DNA of 36,452 nucleotides from a virus (lineage: Duplodnaviria > Caudoviricetes), in IMG/VR virus record IMGVR_UViG_3300033144_005791, positions 1-36,452 of that record, one strand, 5' to 3'. The position numbers and the translations under genes were made by a program. The notes beneath the pieces were generated by a model. That model had not been told where the DNA came from. It saw only the letters and a program-made list of their open reading frames with translations, and searched no databases. This document shows, piece by piece, positions 8,719 through 19,042 of the stretch; within the stretch, counting starts at the first letter, position 1, and the number at the start of each line of letters is the position of its first letter.

Positions 8719-9717
8719 ATGCCGGATCAATCAGCGGAACGCGTGCTTGCCGCAATGAAAGTGGAAGGTACATACGGCACGCCAGAATCCAGTGGTTCAG
8801 GAGCTGAGCAGATTCGTTTGCTAGACAGCGCTGGACTGAAACTCACGCGGGGCGAAGTTCCTTCTGAGGAGCGCCCCACTAATCAAATCGAAAGAGCCGC
8901 AATGCTCGGCGGACACGAGGTAGGAGGTGTCTACAACACCGAGGTCAACCCAGGCGGTTACTTCGACATTCTTATGGGAGCATGTCTTCGTGCTACTCCT
9001 GCCGCCTTGGCTCAGCATGCTGCTATCAATACCGACGTTCAGTTGAGCAAGGCTACGCCGGCCGCTGTTCCGGTTAACACCGGATACACCATCGAACAGA
9101 ATGACATGGACATCGACGATTCCGAGTTGTTCTATGGTGTCCGTGTAACCGAAGCCGCTTTTACCCTGCCGCCAAGACAACGTGCCAAAGTTGCTTGGAC
9201 GATGAAAGGGTTGAGCCGTAACATCGTCGGCACTGGTGCGTCACCTTGGTTCACAAGTCCAAACCTCGAAACTGGCGATTCGCTGATTGTTGACAGTGCT
9301 ACGATCAGTTATGCCGGTTCTCCGATCACGACGTTGACCGATCTGAATTTCTCGATCGTCATTGCCTCTGCAATGCAAGACTTCATCGGCGGTCTCATTC
9401 CTGCCAATGTATTTTTGAACCTGATGACTGCTGGTGGTGCAGTATCAGCTCTCAGACAGGATCTTACCGCACTCACGGCTTTCGACGCAGAAACCGAGTT
9501 TGCAATTCTGGCTAACCTTGTGGCGCCGGGAACACCTCCACAACTCACCTTCGCAGTCAATCTTCCTCGTGTCAAAATCTTTGATATCGATGCTCCATTC
9601 CTTGGCGGCGATGCTGGCAAAATCGAAACGCGGACATTCAAGGCGTATCCAGCTGTCGACGGCCACAATATCGTCGAGCTTTACTCGAGCACAGAAACAC
9701 CGACAGCCTACTCATAA
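8719..9717 (+). CDS. Major tail tube protein
   Basis: AGGAGG SD. EGTYGTP start, TIEQ...ELFYGVRV and NLPRVK motifs typical of siphovirus tube proteins. Lies upstream of the chaperone and tape-measure genes. Confidence 0.8.
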   Translation: MPDQSAERVLAAMKVEGTYGTPESSGSGAEQIRLLDSAGLKLTRGEVPSEERPTNQIERAAMLGGHEVGGVYNTEVNPGGYFDILMGACLRATPAALAQHAAINTDVQLSKATPAAVPVNTGYTIEQNDMDIDDSELFYGVRVTEAAFTLPPRQRAKVAWTMKGLSRNIVGTGASPWFTSPNLETGDSLIVDSATISYAGSPITTLTDLNFSIVIASAMQDFIGGLIPANVFLNLMTAGGAVSALRQDLTALTAFDAETEFAILANLVAPGTPPQLTFAVNLPRVKIFDIDAPFLGGDAGKIETRTFKAYPAVDGHNIVELYSSTETPTAYS

Positions 9718-9729
9718 GGAGGCTCTTAC

Positions 9730-10026
9730 ATGAAAGTCGGGCAAACGGTTCGTTTTTACGATCGTGTTCTTGGCAAATGTCAAGATGCCATCATCGTAGA
9801 GATTGTTGGGGCAGCGGAAGCTTTTCCGCATTTCAAGATTCTTTCACTGGAAGTAGGTAAAGAGCAATTCAAAGACGTAAACCACGAGACTGCAAAGCCT
9901 CATGGTGATATGTTTTGGATGCTTTTGAATGAACCTGCTCCAAAGAGTTGGAAAAAGTCAACACCAAGTGCGGCTGCTGTAATTGGTGCAGCTGCAACTG
10001 GCAAAACACCGGCAAAGAAAGAATGA
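9730..10026 (+). CDS. Hypothetical protein
   Basis: Strong AAGGAGG SD. SH3/KOW-like start MKVGQTVRF and a low-complexity Ala/Lys tail. Confidence 0.6.
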   Translation: MKVGQTVRFYDRVLGKCQDAIIVEIVGAAEAFPHFKILSLEVGKEQFKDVNHETAKPHGDMFWMLLNEPAPKSWKKSTPSAAAVIGAAATGKTPAKKE

Positions 10027-10136
10027 ATATACGGGGCGAGTCATGTTGTCGCACGAAGGGCTTGACTCAGTGAGAGGGGTTGGCGGGGACCCTTCTCACA
10101 AACTGTGGTCACTTACCTCACTCTCACGAGGAGACA

Positions 10137-10604
10137 ATGATGGCAAAAGGTTTTAACATCGCTGCGGAAGCGGCACTGGCGAAGGAAGAGGACAAAGGTA
10201 CTGTTGTTGAGATCATTGGCATTGAAGATTTACCAATGCTATACGATCACCCCGATGGTAGCGAGAAGCCTGTTACGATTACTGTAATGGGCGCACATTC
10301 GTCTGCGTTCCGGCGTATTGAAGCCGCTTTGCGCAAGCGGAAGCTCAAGCCACGGCAGCTTACGAGCGGAGCCATTTTCGATGATAACGTCGAAAAGGTT
10401 GTCGCTTGCACAATGGCTTGGGAAGGGTTCGCTTCCGATCAAGACGGTGAGTTTCTTGATTTTTCGAGAACCTTGGTGAGAGTTCTTTATGATCAGTGCC
10501 CGTGGGTATATGATCAAGTAATGGAGGCAATGCACGACCACTCAAATTTTTCTGGGAGCGGATCGATAGCGCCTTCGAGTACATCCGATTCACAGCAGGA
10601 CTGA
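10137..10604 (+). CDS. Tail assembly chaperone (gpG-like)
   Basis: GAGGAG SD before ATG 10137. Contains ITVMG..S, CT..WEG, PWVYDQV and SNF motifs. Lies between tube and tape measure. Confidence 0.8.
   Translation: MMAKGFNIAAEAALAKEEDKGTVVEIIGIEDLPMLYDHPDGSEKPVTITVMGAHSSAFRRIEAALRKRKLKPRQLTSGAIFDDNVEKVVACTMAWEGFASDQDGEFLDFSRTLVRVLYDQCPWVYDQVMEAMHDHSNFSGSGSIAPSSTSDSQQD
10544..10550 (+). promoter_or_regulatory. Programmed -1 frameshift slippery site A AAT TTT
   Basis: X XXY YYZ heptamer in the correct phase of the chaperone ORF. The -1 frame is open from 10550 to 10966. Confidence 0.85.
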
Positions 10605-10966
10605 ATAAAAAGAACAAAGATGGTTCTACTGTCAGAGATCATTATGAAGTAGCTGCCGAAGGTGGTAGTGAGAATGCTATAGCGCATTTAGCTTCAGAAC
10701 CATCTTGTCCGGAAGAAGTTGAGTATCTTGTTGAATGGATTTATATGCTTCACGGTAGAAGCGGAGCAAGTATCGCCGGTATAAGTCCGTTAGCGTACAC
10801 AACAATTCAAGCTTGGATGCAACTCATGGATATAGGTGAACTTCAACCATATGAAGTTGAAGCTTTACTTACGCTTGACAGTGCCTTTCTTTTAGAAGAC
10901 GAAACAATGCAAGAAGAGAAACCACCCGCGGAAACTCCTCCTTGGCCGAAGCGTAGAGCAAGCTAA
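10550..10966 (+). CDS. C-terminal (T) part of the frameshifted chaperone gpGT
   Basis: The -1 frame reads FWERIDSAFEYIRFTAG...EVEYLVEWIY and joins the 10745-10966 ORF in frame. PLAYTTIQAW...EVEAL..LD is typical of pre-tape-measure chaperones. Confidence 0.8.
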   Translation, partial: FWERIDSAFEYIRFTAGLNKKNKDGSTVRDHYEVAAEGGSENAIAHLASEPSCPEEVEYLVEWIYMLHGRSGASIAGISPLAYTTIQAWMQLMDIGELQPYEVEALLTLDSAFLLEDETMQEEKPPAETPPWPKRRAS

Positions 10967-13900
10967 TGAGTTTTTCACCGCTTACAATAATCGTTAACCA
11001 CAAGGGTGCGACATCGGCTCTTGCTAAGTTTACAGGTTCTGCGCATAACGCCGGTCGTGCTACAGAGAAGCTGGAACGTGGTACCAAGAACCTTGCGGTA
11101 GCGTTCGCTACTCTTGGCGGTGTTCTTGGTACGCGTCAACTGGTAGAGTATGCAGATACTTGGACATTGATCAATTCTCGTATCAAAATTGTAACTGAAT
11201 CACACGAACAAGCAAAACACGTACAGCAAGAATTGTACAACATCTCTCAAAGAACACGTAATTCTTTGGCGGCAACTGGTGTTCTTTATGTACGGCTTGC
11301 TATTAACGCCGATCAACTTGGACGCAGTCAACAAGACCTCCTCGATGTGGTAAGCGCGGTTAATAGCGCCGTCCTTGTGTCTGGCGCAACGGGGGTAGAA
11401 GCTGCGCAATCTATCCGGCAGATTTCTCAGGCGTTTGGTAAAGGGAAGCTTGACGGCGACGAGTTCCGTACCGTTATGGAAGCTATGCCACTCATCCAGC
11501 GTGCAATCGCCGATGAGATGGATGTACCAATTGGTGCGTTGCAGGATCTTGCGCAACAAGGTAAGATCACCGCAAACATTATGATCGACGCCATGTTGAA
11601 TGCGCGTAAGCAGCTGGAAGAAGACGTTGAGTCTATGCCAATGACCTTCGGGCAAGCAATGGTCTTGATGCAAAATGCGCTTACCCGTGTTATTGGTATT
11701 TTGAACCTAGCTTTTGAAGGTTCTATGAAATTTGCAACAGGCGTAGAGTTTGTTATTATCAATCTCAATAGATTCATAGCTCTATCAGTTGCTGTGATTG
11801 CTGCTCTTGTTGCCTACAAAGTTGCTACCTTAGCATGGGTCGGTACTTTAGCATTGCTGAAATGGAACATGGATAGAGCTACTATTTCAACGATGCTTTT
11901 GACAGCAACAGAAACCATCCAAAGAATGTGGAAGCTAGCAACCGCCACAGTATCAACAGCGAATGCTTTTGCTTTGATGTCTGCGTTCGCTGGCGGTGCG
12001 GCTAAGATAATACCGGCAATGGTAGCGGCGGGTGCTGCTATTGGCGTTTACATAATTTCTATAAAGAAAATTACCGCAGCTACAGAAGAATGGATAAACG
12101 CTATTTCGAATATGGATGTACCAATTGGCGCGTTTGCGGAACTTGAAGAAGCAAAGATACAAAAAGCAAGAAATACTATTAAGGACATGATTCGTGAAGC
12201 ACATCAAGGTTATGTTCTTTCTAGTCAATCAGCTATGGGTTCAAAGCGTCTAAAGATTGAATTTGAAGCTGTTAACAAGATCATTGAAATGAGGCGCGAT
12301 GGCCTTGGTGATCTCGAACCTGCTATGTATAACGCAATTCTTCTGGAGAGAGATTATGCTCTTAGAGCGTTAGAAACTGTAGAAGCAATGGAAGCACTAG
12401 CAGCAATCGAAAAAGAGAAAGCAGCTACTATTAAAAGATTCATTACAAACTTCCAACGCGGCTTTGCCGATGCGTTTCATAACATACTGACAACTGGTAT
12501 CAGTAACTTCACAGAACTATTCGATGGTATTAAAACCTTGTTCTATCGTCTTATTGCCGATATGGTTGCGGCCAAGATGATGCAACGTCTTGCTGGCACA
12601 TTTACCACTATACTTGGCGCTGTGATGGGAGTGAGTGCGGAAGAAGCGGCTGCGAGAGAAAAGGCTGCCTTCGAAGCTGTACGCGCAAGCTGGTCTATGG
12701 GGGAAACTGGTTTCTACGAAGCTGGTACAATGCCAATAAGGCTGGAAGAAATATCAAATACAGCAGCAAAATCTTGGACTGCAACTCTTGCGCAATATCT
12801 TGGTCCAGCTCTTGCTGGCTTTATGGTAGGGCGCATGATTGGCGGTAGGACAACAAATGTGGCGCTCGGTACCCTTGGTGGAGCAGCGGGTGGCGCTCTA
12901 TCTGGTGCTGCTATGGGTGCTATGCTTCCTGGTGTTGGCGGACCGCTTGGCGCTGTTATTGGTGGCCTTACTGGCGCTATTGGTGGATTGATGGGTGCGT
13001 CAGAACGTCAACGCGAAGAAATGGAACGCTTACGAGCAATCGAAGAAGCACACAAAATAACTCTGGAAGAAAATAATTTACGACTACAAGAATTGAAGCG
13101 TAGTTTTGATGGTCAAACGCACAGACATCTTACCGAGATGTTGAAGATTCTAGAATATACAACAACAGAAATCTTTGCTTATGGGCTACGCGGTGATACT
13201 CTTATCACCGATACTATCGGTTACCAATATCTTAACGAAGCTCAAAAAGCCGCCGTCAACCGTATGGCTGATTCTTTACAAGTTGATTTATTCGATACAG
13301 AAGGTAACTTCATAGAAGGTTCGCTTGAACAACTAAATGCTACTATACTTGAAACAATTCGTCAGCTAACCACGTTCGGTAATAATTTGACGGATATTGT
13401 ATCGAGACAAGAAGCCTACAATAAGCTTTTTGATATAGATATGACGCCTCAACAAAATCTCGAGGATACCTATTCTGTCCTTTCACAAATGGCGCCTGAA
13501 CTCTTAGCGTCTCTTGGTCTTGCAAATCTAGATTTAACATCTCAAGTTGGACGCGATGTCTTAGAGGAGGGTTTACGCGAAATCTTTAACTTAATCGATG
13601 CTGGGGATCTTACAACTGATTTGCTTGGAGCTTTTGGCGATAAGAATGAGTTGTTAGATTCAATCTTGAAAGTTAAGGATGGCTTTAACGCGCTAAATAA
13701 AGAGATCAATAAGGTCACTACCGACTTTCCTCGCGCAATGGATATCATATATTACGAACAAAAATTCGGTCAATATGGATTAGGTAATAATGGCAACGGT
13801 GGAAGCGGTGGCGGTGGAAGTGGTAGCGGCGGTGATAGTTGGACCGTTAACGGCGGCGTTCATATTCATACCGATGGCAGCGAAACTGGTGAAGAAATAT

Positions 13901-13980
13901 TCGAGAAGATAGAACAAGCTGCAACACGTAAACGCGCACGAGGTGGGCGCGTTGGTATCGCTGATACGGAGTTGTTTTGA
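10966..13980 (+). CDS. Tape measure protein
   Basis: 1004 aa. N-terminal tape-measure domain ([27 protein letters not shown]), hydrophobic segments and Gly/Ala-rich stretches. Confidence 0.92.
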   Translation: MSFSPLTIIVNHKGATSALAKFTGSAHNAGRATEKLERGTKNLAVAFATLGGVLGTRQLVEYADTWTLINSRIKIVTESHEQAKHVQQELYNISQRTRNSLAATGVLYVRLAINADQLGRSQQDLLDVVSAVNSAVLVSGATGVEAAQSIRQISQAFGKGKLDGDEFRTVMEAMPLIQRAIADEMDVPIGALQDLAQQGKITANIMIDAMLNARKQLEEDVESMPMTFGQAMVLMQNALTRVIGILNLAFEGSMKFATGVEFVIINLNRFIALSVAVIAALVAYKVATLAWVGTLALLKWNMDRATISTMLLTATETIQRMWKLATATVSTANAFALMSAFAGGAAKIIPAMVAAGAAIGVYIISIKKITAATEEWINAISNMDVPIGAFAELEEAKIQKARNTIKDMIREAHQGYVLSSQSAMGSKRLKIEFEAVNKIIEMRRDGLGDLEPAMYNAILLERDYALRALETVEAMEALAAIEKEKAATIKRFITNFQRGFADAFHNILTTGISNFTELFDGIKTLFYRLIADMVAAKMMQRLAGTFTTILGAVMGVSAEEAAAREKAAFEAVRASWSMGETGFYEAGTMPIRLEEISNTAAKSWTATLAQYLGPALAGFMVGRMIGGRTTNVALGTLGGAAGGALSGAAMGAMLPGVGGPLGAVIGGLTGAIGGLMGASERQREEMERLRAIEEAHKITLEENNLRLQELKRSFDGQTHRHLTEMLKILEYTTTEIFAYGLRGDTLITDTIGYQYLNEAQKAAVNRMADSLQVDLFDTEGNFIEGSLEQLNATILETIRQLTTFGNNLTDIVSRQEAYNKLFDIDMTPQQNLEDTYSVLSQMAPELLASLGLANLDLTSQVGRDVLEEGLREIFNLIDAGDLTTDLLGAFGDKNELLDSILKVKDGFNALNKEINKVTTDFPRAMDIIYYEQKFGQYGLGNNGNGGSGGGGSGSGGDSWTVNGGVHIHTDGSETGEEIFEKIEQAATRKRARGGRVGIADTELF

Positions 13981-16900
13981 GAGTTAACGTAGATTCACCG
14001 ACACAGACGCTATACGAAAGTGGCGTCTTTGATCTTCATACGAAGCTACTGATCGAAAACGGTAGTGATACAGAAATCGATCTGCAAGGGCGCTATAAAG
14101 CTGTTTCTATAGATCAACCCAATCCAACCCAACCTATTGCTCAATTAGCTGCTACTTTTATACGTGAAACAGCTGAAGGCGATGCAACTTCGCTTGCACC
14201 AACAATCACTACTAGCGCCTTTAATATGCTTGACGACGAAGAAACTTATTCGCCGTTATTGCAGCTTGGACGCCTTGCTAGACTTGAAATTGCGCTTACC
14301 GCAGTTGGCGGCTCTCGCCCTGCTGATGAATCTTCTTTGTGGTATGAAATCTTCCAAGGTCCCATTACTGATGTTGATTGGGCTGATTATACATCTTCTC
14401 TGATTAAGATTAAATGTAGTGATCTTGGCGGTATTCTACAACTAGCCAAAAGCGAAGATGCGTATATTTATGACGCTAGTACAAGCATAGAAACTGTTGC
14501 CCAAGAAATACTGACCAATAATGGATTCTCTAATATTGATCTGTATTTCCCTGCTGCCACCGCAAAGGTTCTTCCGTACGATTATGCTCCTGGTCTACAA
14601 AAGACAGTATGGAGCCAACTGTGGTCATTAGCGCAATCGATGGGTTGGTTGTGCTATTTCCGCTATAGAGGAAGTGGTGGGCCGGAGTTAACCTTTTTTG
14701 AGCCGGCACGTGCTAAGTCCACACCTGATATGGATGTTGACGTATGGTGGGATTACAAAGCGCTTTCTATTAACGAAGATGAAGTACGTAATGTTGGCTA
14801 TCTTCAATATTATGATGCATCTGGTGTGCAACAACTTATTGGTCCTGATGAAGATTCGGCTAGTCTCGCTAAATACGGTGGCTCACTTAATATACGTCGC
14901 CCGTTTTGGATAGCACTGAAAAACGATTCACCTATACGCAGTTCTGGTGCTGCTATAGCAATGCTCGCAGCGGCACTATCTGATGTTGCAGATCCCGATG
15001 CTATTGCCACAGTTCGTACCTTTCCTTTAGTCTTTGCGGAAAATGGCACGGATCTTTATACTTTTGAAGATAAAGGTAGATTCTTTGATAGCGATCAAGA
15101 TCTTGCTCCTGTTAGTAACAAGATTACTATTGATGTAAAACGTGCTGCATCTGATATTTCTGTTCGTGGTGTGCCGACTGCCGGGATGCAATCGTGGCGT
15201 GATCTCAATATGTGGGAATTTGAGGCAATTGATAATGCGCTTCGTAACACGACGCTAGAGTCTGTACCTGTAGCTGGTGGCACAAGCGGTTTAATGAAGT
15301 ATCGTATAGTTGGTATGTGCGGTGCGGCAGTTAAATCATTTAATATAGCGTGTAGCTATTGGAAAGCAGTATCACCTGAACCAGCAGATCATCACGAGTG
15401 GAATTACGATGTTAATGAAACTCGTGGTTTTAATTTGTATCTTCAGCGTTATGATGAAGATTTAGAGTTAGATGAAAATACGACTACGGCGCTTAATGTC
15501 ATTATTACACCTTATAGTGCTCCCGATGGAGCTAGTGGTTCAGGTACAGCTGGTGAAGATGTTAGATTAAGTCCTACAAAGAATCAAGATAGTGGCGCTG
15601 GTACAACGATCACCGATGGAGTTGATACTTACAAGGCAGATGCCTTGTTGATCGATGACACCACGCTTGCGCTGACGACATCTGGTGGTAGGCCGAAGCT
15701 TGCGGCGCTCCCTGGAGCTGGCCCCACTGGACCGACTGGAGCAGATGGTGACCTTGGACCTACTGGACCGACTGGACCTGTAGGAGATCCAGGTGATCCT
15801 GGCAACGACGGGGCTACCGGACCCACTGGACCAACTGGCTCAGATGGTGTTACGGGTCAAACGGGTGATACTGGAGCCACGGGACCTACTGGCTTAGACG
15901 GACCTACCGGACCAACAGGTTCGGATGGCCCCCAAGGTGATCCAGGTGATCCTGGCAACCCTGGACCTACGGGACCTACCGGAGCAGGCGGTTCAACCGG
16001 ACCAACAGGACAGACTGGTGATGGCGGACCAACTGGTCCGACAGGCTCTGATGGGTCTTTGGGTCCAACTGGACCCACTGGACCTGATGGCCCACAAGGC
16101 GATCCTGGTGATCCAGGAAACCCTGGAGCTACCGGACCCACTGGATCAGATGGTTCAATCGGGCCAACGGGGCAGACAGGTGACGATGGACCCACTGGCC
16201 CGACAGGCTCTGATGGCTCTTTGGGACCGACAGGACCAACAGGGGCAGATGGTGAACAAGGCGACCCCGGTAATCCTGGCAATCCCGGAGCCACCGGGCC
16301 AACAGGTGCCGATGGAATAGAAGGCCCAACAGGGCAGACAGGCGATACAGGCTCGCAGGGTTCGACTGGTCCCACAGGTTTAGATGGTCCCACTGGACCA
16401 ACTGGCTCAGATGGTCCTCAAGGTGACCCTGGTGATCCTGGTAACGACGGTGCTACGGGACCAACGGGTTCAGATGGAATAGATGGGCCAACAGGTCAGA
16501 CTGGCGATGACGGACCAACAGGACCCACTGGCTCAGATGGACCAACGGGCTCAGACGGACCCACAGGTCCCACGGGCTCAGGAGGCCCCACAGGTCCCAC
16601 CGGCTCAGATGGCTCAGAAGGACCGACCGGACCCACCGGGGCTGATGGCGAACAAGGCGATCCTGGCAACCCTGGTAACCCAGGAGCCACCGGGCCAACT
16701 GGCGCAGATGGATCAGATGGAGCCACAGGCCAGACGGGTGATCCTGGGCCAACGGGGCCAACCGGCTCAGATGGAGCTACGGGCTCAGACGGACCTACTG
16801 GACCCACTGGCTCAGACGGACCCACGGGACCAACGGGTTCTGATGGACCCACAGGACCCACCGGAGCAGATGGTCCACAGGGTGATCCCGGCAACCCTGG

Positions 16901-18494
16901 AGCCACTGGACCAACGGGATCGGCAGGCGCCGGAGGACCAACGGGACCTACGGGCCAATATGGTGATGATGGACCTACTGGACCGACGGGTTCAACTGGC
17001 TCAGGTGGTCCTACCGGACCAACGGGATCAGATGGACCACAAGGTGATCCTGGTAATCCGGGCAATCCAGGAGCTACTGGACCCACAGGAGCAGATGGCG
17101 AAGACGGAGCCACCGGACAGACAGGTGACGACGGGGCTACTGGCCCGACAGGCTCAGACGGAGCTACTGGAGCAGGTGGACCGACGGGACCCACAGGTTC
17201 AGGTGGACCTACCGGGCCTACTGGCTCCACCGGCTCGCAAGGCTCAACTGGACCTACTGGAGCAGACGGTCCTCAAGGCGACCCAGGTGATCAAGGCAAC
17301 CTTGGCCCCACTGGACCCACCGGGGCAGATGGAGCTGACGGACCCACCGGGCAGACGGGCGATGATGGACCCACGGGACCCACAGGATCAGACGGACCAA
17401 CTGGCTCGGATGGCCCCACAGGACCAACTGGATCGACGGGCTCGGGTGGCCCAACCGGACCTACTGGTTCGACGGGTTCAGGCGGACCAACCGGACCAAC
17501 CGGAGCAGACGGTCAGCAGGGAGATCCAGGTATAGAAGGTGATGATGGGCCGACTGGTCCCACTGGCTCAGATGGGCCGACCGGACCTACAGGTCCGCAA
17601 GGTAATATAGGTTCTACAGGCCCGACGGGTTCAACGGGCTCGGGCGGGCCGACAGGTCCTACTGGATCTACTGGCTCCGGTGGCCCAACCGGACCTACGG
17701 GACCTGACGGTGATCCTGGCGATCAAGGCATTCAAGGTAATCCTGGACCCACAGGACCGACAGGTGCAGATGGACCCACCGGACCCACAGGACCTCAAGG
17801 CGACAAGGGTGACGATGGCGATGATGGAGCCACCGGCCCAACTGGTTCAACGGGTTCTGGTGGACCCACAGGACCTACGGGAGCTGATGGACCCACTGGA
17901 CCAGATGGCGACCCAGGCGTAGAAGGTGATCCTGGCCCGACAGGACCCACCGGCTCTACTGGTTCGGGTGGCCCGACTGGCCCGACCGGCTCTACTGGTT
18001 CAGGAGGACCTACTGGACCAACCGGTTCTACAGGATCTGGTGGACCCACAGGTCCAACAGGCTCAACTGGCTCTGGTGGTCCTACTGGCCCCACCGGACC
18101 AGATGGCCCTCAAGGTGACCCCGGCGAAGAAGGTGATCCAGGACCAACTGGACCTACTGGATCGGATGGACCAACAGGTCCAACGGGTTCAACTGGTTCA
18201 GGTGGACCTACAGGTCCAACAGGCTCAACAGGATCTGGCGGTCCTACCGGACCAACAGGTGCGGGTGGACCTACTGGCCCGGAAGGTGACCCCGGCATAG
18301 AAGGTGATCCAGGACCAACTGGACCGACAGGAGCAGGCGGAGCTACCGGACCAACGGGACCGGAGGGGCCAACAGATGGCACCATGTGGAACCATATCAC
18401 GGGAGGCTACACGGACGCCGATGTGACGGTCTCCGAGAACGATCCCTCCGGAGGGCAGCAAGGCGACATCTGGCTCAAGGTGGCTTCCGCATGA
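13977..18494 (+). CDS. Tail-tip/hub protein fused to a very long collagen-like fibre
   Basis: About 580 non-repetitive aa follow the tape measure (TTGA overlap), then about 295 G-X-Y triplets, then a fibre-type end [17 protein letters not shown]. Confidence 0.8.
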   Translation: MRVNVDSPTQTLYESGVFDLHTKLLIENGSDTEIDLQGRYKAVSIDQPNPTQPIAQLAATFIRETAEGDATSLAPTITTSAFNMLDDEETYSPLLQLGRLARLEIALTAVGGSRPADESSLWYEIFQGPITDVDWADYTSSLIKIKCSDLGGILQLAKSEDAYIYDASTSIETVAQEILTNNGFSNIDLYFPAATAKVLPYDYAPGLQKTVWSQLWSLAQSMGWLCYFRYRGSGGPELTFFEPARAKSTPDMDVDVWWDYKALSINEDEVRNVGYLQYYDASGVQQLIGPDEDSASLAKYGGSLNIRRPFWIALKNDSPIRSSGAAIAMLAAALSDVADPDAIATVRTFPLVFAENGTDLYTFEDKGRFFDSDQDLAPVSNKITIDVKRAASDISVRGVPTAGMQSWRDLNMWEFEAIDNALRNTTLESVPVAGGTSGLMKYRIVGMCGAAVKSFNIACSYWKAVSPEPADHHEWNYDVNETRGFNLYLQRYDEDLELDENTTTALNVIITPYSAPDGASGSGTAGEDVRLSPTKNQDSGAGTTITDGVDTYKADALLIDDTTLALTTSGGRPKLAALPGAGPTGPTGADGDLGPTGPTGPVGDPGDPGNDGATGPTGPTGSDGVTGQTGDTGATGPTGLDGPTGPTGSDGPQGDPGDPGNPGPTGPTGAGGSTGPTGQTGDGGPTGPTGSDGSLGPTGPTGPDGPQGDPGDPGNPGATGPTGSDGSIGPTGQTGDDGPTGPTGSDGSLGPTGPTGADGEQGDPGNPGNPGATGPTGADGIEGPTGQTGDTGSQGSTGPTGLDGPTGPTGSDGPQGDPGDPGNDGATGPTGSDGIDGPTGQTGDDGPTGPTGSDGPTGSDGPTGPTGSGGPTGPTGSDGSEGPTGPTGADGEQGDPGNPGNPGATGPTGADGSDGATGQTGDPGPTGPTGSDGATGSDGPTGPTGSDGPTGPTGSDGPTGPTGADGPQGDPGNPGATGPTGSAGAGGPTGPTGQYGDDGPTGPTGSTGSGGPTGPTGSDGPQGDPGNPGNPGATGPTGADGEDGATGQTGDDGATGPTGSDGATGAGGPTGPTGSGGPTGPTGSTGSQGSTGPTGADGPQGDPGDQGNLGPTGPTGADGADGPTGQTGDDGPTGPTGSDGPTGSDGPTGPTGSTGSGGPTGPTGSTGSGGPTGPTGADGQQGDPGIEGDDGPTGPTGSDGPTGPTGPQGNIGSTGPTGSTGSGGPTGPTGSTGSGGPTGPTGPDGDPGDQGIQGNPGPTGPTGADGPTGPTGPQGDKGDDGDDGATGPTGSTGSGGPTGPTGADGPTGPDGDPGVEGDPGPTGPTGSTGSGGPTGPTGSTGSGGPTGPTGSTGSGGPTGPTGSTGSGGPTGPTGPDGPQGDPGEEGDPGPTGPTGSDGPTGPTGSTGSGGPTGPTGSTGSGGPTGPTGAGGPTGPEGDPGIEGDPGPTGPTGAGGATGPTGPEGPTDGTMWNHITGGYTDADVTVSENDPSGGQQGDIWLKVASA
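15720..18374 (+). repeat. Collagen-like G-X-Y repeat, 885 aa (about 295 triplets)
   Basis: 2655 bp, apparently uninterrupted, dominated by GPT, GSD, GDP, GST and GSG. Confidence 0.95.
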
Positions 18495-19009
18495 CAATGC
18501 ACGTTGAGACCGGCAGCTGGCAGCTAGTTGAAGGTCTCTGGGTTCACAACGGCGTCGCCCATGAGCCCGTCCTCAGTGGCTCCGTTCACAACGGCGTTGG
18601 CTGGGAAGAGTTTTACGCTCCAGAGACGCCTCCGGCTTGCGTCTCGCATAACCGAGAAGCTGTCGATGGAAGAGCCTGTCCTGACTTCCGGGCGGTCGTT
18701 GAGTATAGCTGCTGGGGAACCGTTTCCGACTGGAATGCAGCCAAATATAAACTCAACGTCTACTATAGCCAGGCCCCTTCCGGGGGCTGCTCTAGCACCT
18801 ACTACCTCATCGGGGGAGGCGACGTAACGGTGACCGGCGGAGCATGGGGGCCGATAGAGGAAGTAGTACAGATGAGCGCCGACCTCGGTGGGACTAGTTC
18901 GACGCAATACTGGCGATCGGATGCTCGTATTCTCTTAAGAGATCCTCCATACACCCAAATCGACAATCTAGTATGCAGCTGTCTTACTGTTAGATATAGA
19001 GATTGCTAA
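18491..19009 (+). CDS. Cys-rich putative fibre-tip or adhesin protein
   Basis: ATG 18491 overlaps the fibre stop (ATGA). Repeated VHNG with Trp residues at the N-terminus, and seven Cys. The track start at 18386 lies inside the fibre gene. Confidence 0.55.
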   Translation: MTMHVETGSWQLVEGLWVHNGVAHEPVLSGSVHNGVGWEEFYAPETPPACVSHNREAVDGRACPDFRAVVEYSCWGTVSDWNAAKYKLNVYYSQAPSGGCSSTYYLIGGGDVTVTGGAWGPIEEVVQMSADLGGTSSTQYWRSDARILLRDPPYTQIDNLVCSCLTVRYRDC

Positions 19010-19042
19010 TTGTCTCACTCTCAAGACAAAGGAGCAAACACA

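Noticed and set aside
15629-18400. Many alternate-frame and antisense ORFs (PVGPVG, DPQD types)
   Set aside because: By-products of the collagen codon periodicity.
18491-19009. Diversity-generating retroelement target at the fibre tip
   Set aside because: No reverse transcriptase or template/variable repeat pair seen in the window.
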